From Acidimicrobiia bacterium UBA2766 (GTDB lineage: Bacteria; Actinomycetota; Acidimicrobiia; UBA2766): a stretch of DNA of 64,000 nt. The stretch spans positions 138,348 to 202,347 of the forward strand of contig DEIU01000010.1 of the NCBI GenBank assembly GCA_002352645.1, read 5' to 3'. The position numbers and the translations under genes were made by a program. Positions 9,102 to 17,713 of the stretch are shown one piece after another (position 1 is the first letter of the stretch; every line of letters begins with the position of its first letter). The notes below the pieces were generated by a model that did no database searches, was not told where the DNA came from, and was given only the letters and a program-made list of their open reading frames with translations.

Positions 9102-10271
9102 TTAGACTCGGGCATAGCCTTTCTTGAGCGCAAGATCCTGGACTGCCGCTGCCACCCGCAGGACAACATCGTCATCAAAAACACTGGGAATGACATTCTC
9201 CGGGTTGAGTGCGGCTTCGGACACCACATCAGCAATCGCCTTGCCTGCGGCCAGTTTCATGTCCATGTCGACCTTACGGGCTCGCACATCAAGCAGACCA
9301 CGAAAGATCCCAGGGAAGGCGAGTACGTTGTTAATCTGATTCGGGTAGTCAGAGCGTCCAGTTGCGATTACTGCCACATTTGCGGGTACTTCTTCAGGCA
9401 TGATCTCGGGCACTGGATTCGCCAATGCAAACACAATGGCATCCTCGGCCATGTCTTCAATCCATTCTGGCTTTACCAGCCCAGGACCGGACACACCGAT
9501 AAAGACATCACTGTCTCGCAGCGCATACTCGATTCCACCAGTAATCCCGCGTGGGTTCGTTCTGTTGGCAAACCATTTTTTCTGGCCGTTCATATTCTGC
9601 TTACGGCCTTTATAGATCGCACCCATGCTGTCGACACCAACAATGTCACGTACGCCCATATGCATAAGCAGTTTGGCGCAGGCAACACCCGCTGCTCCAA
9701 TGCCCATGATCGCCACGCGTAAATCGGCAATGTTTTTTCCAGTGACCTTCAAAGAGTTCAAAAGGGCGGCCGCAACGACGATAGCAGTGCCATGCTGGTC
9801 ATCATGGAAAACAGGAATGTCGAGTTCTTCAGAGAGGCGTCCCTCGATTTCAAAGCAACGAGGAGCAGAGATGTCCTCCAAGTTGATGCCCCCGAAGCTG
9901 GGCGCAATCGCCTTTACTGCGGTAATAATTTCCATAGGTTCCGTGCAGTTCAACGCAATAGGAACAGCATCGACTCCAGCAAAATGCTTGAAAAGCACCG
10001 CTTTCCCCTCCATGACGGGGAGAGATGCTTCAGGGCCAAGGTTCCCGAGACCAAGTACAGCGGAACCATCTGTGACGACAGCCACAGTGTTGTGTTTGGC
10101 AGTGTACTGCCAAACAGCGGGGGGATCGTCTGCAATCTCCTCGCATACCATCCCGACTCCCGGGGTATAGGCGAGACTGAGATCACTTCGGCCAGAGATC
10201 GGCTTCGTAATCTCAGTGCCGATTTTTCCTCCCAGATGGAACGTAAATGCGGGGTGAGATCGATCGTGCAT
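9102..10271 (-). CDS. NAD(P)-dependent malic enzyme (small, single-module type)
   Basis: 'DLSLAYTPGVG', 'VVTDGSAVLGLGNLG' and the dinucleotide fold 'AIMGIGAAGVA'. ATG 10271 gives the usual N-terminus. The ORF opens at TTG 10304. Confidence 0.9.
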   Translation of the reverse strand: MHDRSHPAFTFHLGGKIGTEITKPISGRSDLSLAYTPGVGMVCEEIADDPPAVWQYTAKHNTVAVVTDGSAVLGLGNLGPEASLPVMEGKAVLFKHFAGVDAVPIALNCTEPMEIITAVKAIAPSFGGINLEDISAPRCFEIEGRLSEELDIPVFHDDQHGTAIVVAAALLNSLKVTGKNIADLRVAIMGIGAAGVACAKLLMHMGVRDIVGVDSMGAIYKGRKQNMNGQKKWFANRTNPRGITGGIEYALRDSDVFIGVSGPGLVKPEWIEDMAEDAIVFALANPVPEIMPEEVPANVAVIATGRSDYPNQINNVLAFPGIFRGLLDVRARKVDMDMKLAAGKAIADVVSEAALNPENVIPSVFDDDVVLRVAAAVQDLALKKGYARV

Positions 10272-10410
10272 AATGGGAGGTAGAGTAGCGCCTCGCTCCC
10301 CCAAAGAGAGAAGCAGTATTGAAAAAGTGGAGAAATCCCGTCTCTCCCTTCTCTCTCCGCGTCTCTCCCCGGATTACGTGTATTCAGCAAATATTTCTGG
10401 CCAACCAGAA

Positions 10411-10432
10411 TTCTTGACGCTAGCGTCAAGAA
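10411..10432. promoter_or_regulatory. 22-nt perfect palindrome TTCTTGACGC-TA-GCGTCAAGAA, candidate operator
   Basis: Read directly. It lies about 140 nt upstream of the malic enzyme start (minus strand) and about 375 nt downstream of the MaoC stop. Confidence 0.4.
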
Positions 10433-10807
10433 CATGAACGCATCGATGCTTCCATCGGAGCACACATTGAGAAATGGAGTGCCTACCGAAATGGCACTTC
10501 ACACGGCACGAGTCACGCGAGTGGCTTTTGAAACGGCTCTCGAATGCCTGCGCAATCACGGACAGGTCCATGTCAGGGGGGCAAATCACATCGACCTAGC
10601 GGAACGTGTCCGCTGTGTCGTCGAACCGGACATGGAACTCCACATGAGCTTCCAGAGACGCTCAGTGCTACTCTCCAGCCGGCCCACCCAGCGTGACACC
10701 GGCATCTGACGACACCTCTGACATCACCAGTTGAAACAACATCCTTGACGGCAACAAGGACAGCACGAAAGACCTAGTGAAGCGGCCGTCCTGGGCACAA
10801 AACCTGC

Positions 10808-11317
10808 TCAGGTAGGTCGCTTCGGCACAAGCACCTTGCGTACATATTCGCAGACATTCTCTCCGCGCTGATTCGTTGCAACCGTCCGCACTTTTACCAC
10901 GCCACGATCCGGCTTCGACTTCGACTCTCGTACTTCAAGCACTTCTGTCTGCGCGTAGATTGTGTCTCCGTGAAAAGTCGGCGCAGCGTGCTTCAAGCTC
11001 TCCACTTCAAGATTGGCAATCGCCTTACCCGAAACATCGGGCACAGTCATACCTAGCACAACCGAGTAGACAAGATTTCCCACCACAAGGTTTTTTCCGA
11101 ACTGGGTCGCGTGCTCGGCATAGTTCGCGTCTATATGCAGCGGATGGTGATTCATGGTAATCATGCAAAACAGATGATCATCGTATTCTGTGATTGTTTT
11201 GCCCGGCCAATGACGGTAGACGTCTCCCACAGTGAAGTCATCGAGATATCGACCAAACCTGCCGGAGGTTCCCTTGTCGCCATCCTGGGGCAAAGGAAGA
11301 TAGGTCTCATCAGTCAT
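10808..11317 (-). CDS. MaoC-like (R)-specific enoyl-CoA hydratase (hot-dog fold), mesaconyl/itaconyl-CoA hydratase-like
   Basis: 'MNHHPLHIDANYA' hydratase motif, single hot-dog length. ATG 11317 is preceded by a purine-rich gagagaaagag. GTG 11338 is an alternative start. Confidence 0.85.
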   Translation of the reverse strand: MTDETYLPLPQDGDKGTSGRFGRYLDDFTVGDVYRHWPGKTITEYDDHLFCMITMNHHPLHIDANYAEHATQFGKNLVVGNLVYSVVLGMTVPDVSGKAIANLEVESLKHAAPTFHGDTIYAQTEVLEVRESKSKPDRGVVKVRTVATNQRGENVCEYVRKVLVPKRPT

Positions 11318-11422
11318 TGCGCGCTCTTTCTCTCTCACAGTCTTCTTTTAACAGGCGAGAAATGCTCCGCTCGATCAGGAGGAGCGAGCATTCGCCTCTC
11401 GGCCCACATCCCGCCGAACTCG

Positions 11423-13078
11423 TCACACGGCCTGTTCGAGCAGGCGACGGATAATCACCCGTAAGGCAAGCGTTTCCTCGGCACCCTCAAAAATTGACAG
11501 CACGCGAGCATCGACGAAATAACGGCTGACATCATATTCTTCTGCATATCCCATGCCGCCATGTATCTGGAGGGCTTCGCGCGAAACCCATTCTGCCGCA
11601 CGACATGCATACATCTTCACCATGGACGCTTCAAGCTGGCCAGATTTTCCCCCCTGACTCAGTAAGCCCGCCACCTCATAGGTGTGCTGCCGGCAGGCCT
11701 GAATCAGCCAAGCCATACGCGCCAACTTCCAACGAGTCAGCGGGTACTCATAAATTGGTTTTCCGAAGACCACTCGTTCCCTGGCATACGACAGGGCCTT
11801 CTCAAAAGCTGCCTGCATAAGCCCCACGGCACGCGCCGCCGTCTGCGCACGTCCATTTGCAAAGGCATCCATCTGCATATAGAAGCCTTTGCCCTCTTCG
11901 GTGCCGATCATGTCGCCGACGGGAACAAACCAGTTGTCAAAACTGATCTCATAGCTATGCATCCCGCGATAACCAAGCGTGTCAATCGCCCGGCCTTCCA
12001 TCTTTCCAGTCCCAAAATCATGCACACGCTCTTCCACAAACGCATGGCCCGCGTGTCGAGTCTTGGGAATCACAAAAAGAGAAAGTCCGCGGTGTTTCTC
12101 CTCCGGAGCGCCAGTACGTGCCAAGAGCATGAGCAAATCAGCCCGACCGGCAAAAGTACACCAGGTTTTTACCCCCTGCACGAGATAGCCCGTGCCATCT
12201 GCCGTTCTGCCGGCACGCACCTTCAGAGAAGCGACATCGGAGCCGTAATCAGGCTCAGTCACCGCCACACCCACCATATTCTCGCCAGAGGCAATCTTGG
12301 GAAGCCAGCGGTTCTTTTGCTCTTCAGTCCCCGCACTCACAATCGCCTTCGAGAGAATCTCCGGTCGCGTAATAAGCGCACCGCCCACACCGAGACTCGC
12401 CCAGGAGAGTTGTTCTGTTGCAACAACCATGGCGATCGTGGGATCGATCTCGTCTCCGGCATACCCGCCGTATGCTTCGGGAATCGTCAGTCCGAAACAA
12501 CCAAGCTCTGCCACACCCTGAATAATGTCCTCAGGGATGTCGGTATTTTCCCTATGCACATGCTCCACAACCGGACAAATCCGATCTGCACCAAACTGCC
12601 GGAAGGTATGCGCCATCATGGCGAGATCTTCCGGCAGATGCACAGGACCACCTGGCACCGTACCCCCCAGGACAGCGGCGCCAACTTCATCAGCAAAAAC
12701 GCCCGACCGGCCCTGGGTAAGAAACGCTTCCACCTCACCAGAAGCCAGACGCTCCTGATAAAAAACCGGCTCCACACCAAACAGGTCAAGGCGTCCGTCA
12801 AGACGCTGACGCGTCTCGCTCACCACATCGGCAGCAAAACCGAGGGCAAGCAGGGATTCTGCCTGCCCTTTTTCGGCATAGTCGGTTAGCACACAGCGCG
12901 CGCTCTCCAAACCAGAGACGAGATAGGCAAGGTCATAACACGCAATCTGATGCTCATCCATCAGATTCAGATCAAGACGACCATCTTTCATTGATTGAGA
13001 GGCAAGCCGGCGAGCGCTTTCATCCAAGACTTCTCGCGCGGCACAAACAGCCGCTCGCCCTTGTGAAATATCGGCCAC
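11423..13078 (-). CDS. Long (551 aa) acyl-CoA dehydrogenase with an N-terminal extension of about 170 aa, methylsuccinyl-CoA dehydrogenase-like
   Basis: The ACAD core has 'TEPDYGSD' and C-terminal 'IFEGAEE' (catalytic Glu present), with an extra N-terminal domain. GTG 13078 has a GAGGA RBS at -7. Confidence 0.85.
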   Translation of the reverse strand: MADISQGRAAVCAAREVLDESARRLASQSMKDGRLDLNLMDEHQIACYDLAYLVSGLESARCVLTDYAEKGQAESLLALGFAADVVSETRQRLDGRLDLFGVEPVFYQERLASGEVEAFLTQGRSGVFADEVGAAVLGGTVPGGPVHLPEDLAMMAHTFRQFGADRICPVVEHVHRENTDIPEDIIQGVAELGCFGLTIPEAYGGYAGDEIDPTIAMVVATEQLSWASLGVGGALITRPEILSKAIVSAGTEEQKNRWLPKIASGENMVGVAVTEPDYGSDVASLKVRAGRTADGTGYLVQGVKTWCTFAGRADLLMLLARTGAPEEKHRGLSLFVIPKTRHAGHAFVEERVHDFGTGKMEGRAIDTLGYRGMHSYEISFDNWFVPVGDMIGTEEGKGFYMQMDAFANGRAQTAARAVGLMQAAFEKALSYARERVVFGKPIYEYPLTRWKLARMAWLIQACRQHTYEVAGLLSQGGKSGQLEASMVKMYACRAAEWVSREALQIHGGMGYAEEYDVSRYFVDARVLSIFEGAEETLALRVIIRRLLEQAV

Positions 13079-13224
13079 GGTCTTATCCTCATCTCACTTC
13101 GTAGTAATTGGTTGAAAGGCAAGCCGGCGAGCGCTTTCACGCAAGACTTCTCGCGCGGCACAAACAGCCGCTCGCCCTTGTGAAATAGCGCTCACGGTCT
13201 TCTCCTCTTCTCAGTTCGTGGCAG
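12991..13224. repeat. Tandem direct duplication, 2 copies, period 117 bp, spanning the lyase-stop/ACAD-start junction
   Basis: 12991-13101 aligns with 13108-13218 without indels and with about 10 mismatches by eye. Copy 1 holds the real ACAD start. Copy 2 holds the real lyase stop. Confidence 0.9.
13094..13195 (-). other. 33-codon relic ORF created by the duplication (VSAISQGRAAVCAAREVLRESARRLAFQPITTK)
   Basis: GTG 13195 keeps a GAGGAG RBS. The TGA at 13096-13094 sits just upstream of the Shine-Dalgarno (GAGGA, 13085-13089) of the real ACAD start. The first 26 codons are near-identical to the ACAD N-terminus. Confidence 0.4.
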
Positions 13225-14143
13225 ACGAGCGGACAAGGCCGGCAACGCGTCCCTGCTGAGCGATCTGCACTGCCATCTTCCGGCTCGCCTCATCGATCAT
13301 TTCGTCCCCGTACATCACCGCGCCAAGCCGGTCTTCTTCAGTGGCTTTGCGGTACGCGTCGAGAATGTCCTCGGCCCGGTCATACTCATCTTGGGATGGG
13401 GTAAAGACCTCATTCAACACACCAATTTGGGCGGGATTCAACGCCCATTTCCCGTCATACCCCAAGACACGTGCACGCGTAGAGACTTCACGGAAACCAT
13501 CAAGATCCCGGATTTGTGCGTATGGTCCGTCTACAGCCTGCAGACCGTTCGCGCGCGCCGCCATAAGAATGCGCATAAGCACATAGTGCCAATGGTCACC
13601 AGGATAATTATCTTGGACTGCACCCACAGTCAGACTTGGCATGCCAGTTGCAGCGGCAAAGTCACCGGGTCCAAAGATAATTGTCTCAAGACGGTCGCTT
13701 GCGGCTGCAATCTCATCCACAGCCACAAGACCCTTGGGGTTCTCAATCTGCGCTTCAATCCCAATACGTTTGCTCAGACCAAGACCCTTTTCAAGCTGCG
13801 TCAGCAAAAGGTCAAGCGCACACACTTCGGTGTGGGACTGCACTTTCGGGAGCATGATGAAGTCAATGTGCTCACCAGCACCCTCAACAACGGAGAGAAC
13901 GTCTTTCACTGTCCACTCTGTGTCCCAGGCATTGACACGCACACCAATTGTCTTTTTACTCCAGTCCTGCTCATTCAGCGCTTTTACCACGAGACTGCGC
14001 GCGGCCACCTTCTCAAGCGGCGCAACTGAATCCTCAAGATCCAAAAAAGACTGATCCTGGTTGAGAGTAGGGGCCTTGCCCAACATTTTCTCGCTCGAAC
14101 CGGGAACAGAAAGACAAGACCGGCGGGGGGAACCAAGAGCCAT
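13211..14143 (-). CDS. HpcH/CitE-family acyl-CoA lyase, malyl-CoA / beta-methylmalyl-CoA lyase-like
   Basis: 'RRSCLSVPG', 'LDLEDSVAP', 'IMLPKV', 'GPGDFAA', 'GKWALNPAQ' and 'NEVFTPS'. From memory, this pattern is closer to malyl-CoA lyases than to citrate lyase beta subunits. Confidence 0.8.
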   Translation of the reverse strand: MALGSPRRSCLSVPGSSEKMLGKAPTLNQDQSFLDLEDSVAPLEKVAARSLVVKALNEQDWSKKTIGVRVNAWDTEWTVKDVLSVVEGAGEHIDFIMLPKVQSHTEVCALDLLLTQLEKGLGLSKRIGIEAQIENPKGLVAVDEIAAASDRLETIIFGPGDFAAATGMPSLTVGAVQDNYPGDHWHYVLMRILMAARANGLQAVDGPYAQIRDLDGFREVSTRARVLGYDGKWALNPAQIGVLNEVFTPSQDEYDRAEDILDAYRKATEEDRLGAVMYGDEMIDEASRKMAVQIAQQGRVAGLVRSSATN

Positions 14144-14559
14144 TGCACCACTCCGAGAGAGTCTGCGAAAAGAAAGACCAATACAGCGTCTGCACCATCG
14201 AATGCGCGCGACGTCCGGGTCAATCTCATTACGCCAATGTAACCAAGGGAAAGTTCAAGGGGTCAAACCTCAGGTATCCTGAGAAATTTAGTTGAGAGAA
14301 AAAAGGCAGAAACGTGGGCACATACCATAGTAAAAGTGACCCAGAGAGCTACTCAGGATAGGACTGTTCTCCGTTCGACATACATTTTTTCCAGCTTCGC
14401 GATTATTTCGGCCAAAGCGAAAACGGCAGCAGGAAAAACCAAACAAGCGTGTCGAGGAGGACAAGCATCTACCTGGGACACAGCACAGCTCGTCCAGTTT
14501 CACACGGAACACGATGAAACGCCGAGTATGCAGTGCCTCCAGGGGGGAAAGAGTAAGGC

Positions 14560-15432
14560 GTGACCACACTCCAGGAATCTTATGACAATTGCGCCAAGCT
14601 CGCGAAAGATGACAGTCGAGTACTCGACCTGTTTCTACGCGTCCTACCCCGCTCAACAGCACGTCACCTACAAGCCCTTTGGGCTTTCTACTGGCTCACA
14701 CACCAGATTGTGCTCGACACCCAACAAGACCTCGACGACCGTCGCCGCTCCCTCGACACCATCCGCCAAAAACTCTTCGATGGCTTTCATCTCGGCGAAT
14801 CAGATCACCCCGAGTTGAAAGCCACAGTCCACACCACGCTCGAAAAAAACATTGACCAGGATCTTTTCAGCTTTTATCTCGATGCCGAAGAATCAGACCT
14901 TACGACAAAAGAGTACGGCACGTTTATCGAGCTTATGGACAGAATCGAGGGAATCGGCGCAGCACCAGGACTGATCGTTCTGCCGGTACTCGGGCTCTCT
15001 GGCGAGAAGATCACGCAAAGCGCTCGCAATCTTGGCATGGCAGTACAGTTCACAAGCATCCTGCGACACACGGGACGGGATCTCCAACGTGACCGGATCT
15101 ACATACCACAAGAAGACCGCGAACACTTTGGCGTCGACATTCACGCAGAACACGTCGACCAAAATTGGAAAAATCTCATGAAATTCGAGATTGACCGGGC
15201 AGAGAAGATGCACCAGGAAGCTGAACCGGGAATCTCCGCTCTACGCGGCCCAATACGCAAATGCGTAAGTGCAGGAACCACTTTGTCACATGCCCTACTC
15301 GGCACAATTAGCGAAGCCCAGTACGACGTTTTTCGCCAGGTTCCAAACCTACCAAATCGCCGAAAAGCAATGATCGTGACAAAAACTCTGGCTCGTCCAT
15401 CTTTCCTTTCGTCGTCGCGCGTACGCCGCTGA
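14560..15432 (+). CDS. Squalene/phytoene synthase family protein
   Basis: 290 aa. The first motif 'DTQQD' (DxxxD) is present. The second motif region 'SILRHTGRDLQRDRIYIP' aligns with the typical 'NILRDVGEDxxRGRVYLP'. Confidence 0.7.
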   Translation: MTTLQESYDNCAKLAKDDSRVLDLFLRVLPRSTARHLQALWAFYWLTHQIVLDTQQDLDDRRRSLDTIRQKLFDGFHLGESDHPELKATVHTTLEKNIDQDLFSFYLDAEESDLTTKEYGTFIELMDRIEGIGAAPGLIVLPVLGLSGEKITQSARNLGMAVQFTSILRHTGRDLQRDRIYIPQEDREHFGVDIHAEHVDQNWKNLMKFEIDRAEKMHQEAEPGISALRGPIRKCVSAGTTLSHALLGTISEAQYDVFRQVPNLPNRRKAMIVTKTLARPSFLSSSRVRR

Positions 15433-15456
15433 GATCGACTCGGGTCATTCTCAAGA

Positions 15457-16146
15457 TCAACTGGATGAGCGAGAAAAAGGCAACACTTTCGCCAGGTCTT
15501 CTCCTCTTCCGTTTTCTCCGGTTTCCCCTGACAAATCGCTCTCATTTTCAATGCCAGAGATTTTTTCCCGGTAGGCTTGAAACGCCGAAAAGCATGCCGC
15601 ATCAAGATGTGTTCCCACTTCTACTTGCATAAGAAGTAAGGCATCTTCTTCAGACAATGCCGACCGGTAGGGACGGGGAGTCGTAATGGCATCGTACATA
15701 TCTGCCACAGCAATAACTCGCGCTTCCAGCGGGATCTCATCCCCTTTCAAATTATCGGGATATCCGCTTCCATCCACCCATTCGTGATGGTACCGAATCG
15801 CGCCAGAGGCCTCTCTCATTTCAGAATCCCGCAGCGCAAACTCAAAACCCCATTCCGTATGAGTTTCCACAAGACGCCATTCCGCCTGAGTCAGAGTGGT
15901 GGGTTTATTCTCGATTTCAGGAGGGATAACATGCGCCCCGATATCGTGAAACAACGCACCGAGACAAATAATACGAGCTTGTTCTGAACCAAGCCCCATT
16001 TCGGACGCTATGCCTAACGAATAGCGCACCACACGGCTTGTGTGTTGCACTCGTTCCGCACTGTCCCCTGCAACAGTGCGCACCAGCATTTCCAAATTTT
16101 CACCAGATACCGCACGTAGCGGCCAGCCGAGCATTCCTTCCACCAC
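15457..16146 (-). CDS. Stand-alone HD-GYP domain protein (c-di-GMP phosphodiesterase family)
   Basis: 'LFHDIGA' and 'HHEWVDGSGYPD' motifs. 229 aa with no sensory domain. Confidence 0.85.
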   Translation of the reverse strand: MVEGMLGWPLRAVSGENLEMLVRTVAGDSAERVQHTSRVVRYSLGIASEMGLGSEQARIICLGALFHDIGAHVIPPEIENKPTTLTQAEWRLVETHTEWGFEFALRDSEMREASGAIRYHHEWVDGSGYPDNLKGDEIPLEARVIAVADMYDAITTPRPYRSALSEEDALLLMQVEVGTHLDAACFSAFQAYREKISGIENESDLSGETGENGRGEDLAKVLPFSRSSS

Positions 16147-16524
16147 ACCACCACTCTTTTCTCCGAAAAAAATCCATCAACAAAACCAACCCGAAAACCC
16201 AGTTGAATAATGCTCCCATCACGATATTCCGCTGTTGCATTCTTCTCTTGTCGATCGGAAGAAAGCTCAAAAAACCTGTAAAAAAAGCGCTTTCTGCAGA
16301 GAAATCAGAAAAATACTTCCCGCAGGATACTCGACACTTTTTCCGTAAAACCTCACTCTATCTTCAATACAAAAAAGTATTCACGGAAATAATCTCAGAC
16401 GAAAAAAAGCCACTTGCCCTCACCGACAAGCCCCTTGTTCTCGAAGAAAAGGCCAAACAAGAGAAACAGGAAAACTTGTTCACGCGAAATCGCCAAGGCG
16501 AAAAGAACAGGGAACGTTCGCGTG

Positions 16525-17595
16525 TCAACTCGTCAGGGAAAACATGCGTAATCCCTCATTACCGTTTTGGACCACGATTCGGGTCCCATCAGGATGAACA
16601 CTGAAAGCGGAGACATTCTCCATCACTTCTTCCCCCCCATTCACTATGAGGCGGAAACTCCCCCCATGCTCTTCTGGCTGCACAACAAGCGTCAAAAGGC
16701 CGGGGCGTCTTTCCCGTATCTCGAAGAAAAGGCTGGACACACTTTCTTCCAATAAACGGACATCACCCGCATCTTCTCCACCGGCAACAAGCACCATACG
16801 CTGCTTCGTCTGTTCGACGAAAGGAACAGACATCCATCGGGCAACAACCATCTGCCCAACAGGACCGGTTTCATACTGAAGACCCGGAACAATCCACTCC
16901 CCTGTTTCCAGGTCCATCCGTACAATCCGCGTGCGACCAGCCGCATCCAGAGATGGCAACAAAACGGTCTGTCCATCAGGAGCAACCATCATAGGAAGAC
17001 TTGTATCAAAAACTGGCACATCCACATCCGACAGAAAAAGCCCCCGGTAATCACCTTCCAGGTTCATCACGCCAAAACGCCGGCAGGTTGGAGCCAGCCA
17101 GTCATCAGCCATGCACACCAGCAGTCCTGTCGAATCAGGCAACCAGGCCATCCTCCCCACAGAGCCATGGCTGCCTCCTGTGAGAGATTCGGGTCTACGA
17201 TTCCGCAACAAAACCAGATCCCGTGTTGCCACGACATCACCTTGCCCCGTCAGGAGCCTCTTTACGGCATGAAAAGGCGTCGCGTCCTTGCGCTGCACAC
17301 CGAGCAGCGCAAGATGACGGCCATCTGGACTGAACTCGACTTCAACGACTCGGATACCAGGAGGTCGCCACGTATCACCCTGGGACACAGGACCATTCGT
17401 ATGATTGAAATCAATCACACGATTGGGAAAACGCCAGAGGGCAAAAAGGCTCACTCCCATGACGAGCGACAACACAATCGCGAGAGAACGAAACTTCGAA
17501 TAAAAACCTCTGTCAACATCTGAGGAAATCGAAGTTTCTCCTGCCTTCAGGCTGTTATTTTTGGGACCTTTACATCCGCTTTTTCGTCCAAACAT
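16525..17595 (-). CDS. Membrane-anchored protein with PD40/TolB-like beta-propeller repeats
   Basis: One N-terminal TM segment ('LAIVLSLVMGVSLFALW'). Recurrent 'SPDGRHLAL', 'APDGQTVLL' and 'HPDGTRIVV' blades. Confidence 0.5.
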   Translation of the reverse strand: MFGRKSGCKGPKNNSLKAGETSISSDVDRGFYSKFRSLAIVLSLVMGVSLFALWRFPNRVIDFNHTNGPVSQGDTWRPPGIRVVEVEFSPDGRHLALLGVQRKDATPFHAVKRLLTGQGDVVATRDLVLLRNRRPESLTGGSHGSVGRMAWLPDSTGLLVCMADDWLAPTCRRFGVMNLEGDYRGLFLSDVDVPVFDTSLPMMVAPDGQTVLLPSLDAAGRTRIVRMDLETGEWIVPGLQYETGPVGQMVVARWMSVPFVEQTKQRMVLVAGGEDAGDVRLLEESVSSLFFEIRERRPGLLTLVVQPEEHGGSFRLIVNGGEEVMENVSAFSVHPDGTRIVVQNGNEGLRMFSLTS

Positions 17596-17713
17596 CTTCG
17601 ATCAAACGCCCCAAGCATCCGCACGATACGAGAGATCTCGCACTTTAAAGAAGAAGGTCGCAACCTCCCTCAACCAATCTGCACAGCTCTGCACAACACA
17701 CCAACAACAAACA

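Noticed and set aside
10434-10709. 91-aa + strand ORF starting 1 nt after the 22-nt palindrome.
   Set aside because: Its composition is more protein-like than other spacer ORFs. But I recognise no family, no RBS is possible (the palindrome abuts the ATG), and there is no supporting context. I left it uncalled. A homology search could revive it.
12991-13224. Whether the tandem repeats here or at 50725-50830 could be a CRISPR array or minisatellite.
   Set aside because: There are only two copies with no unique spacers. The repeat content is ordinary coding and RBS sequence. No cas genes are in the window.
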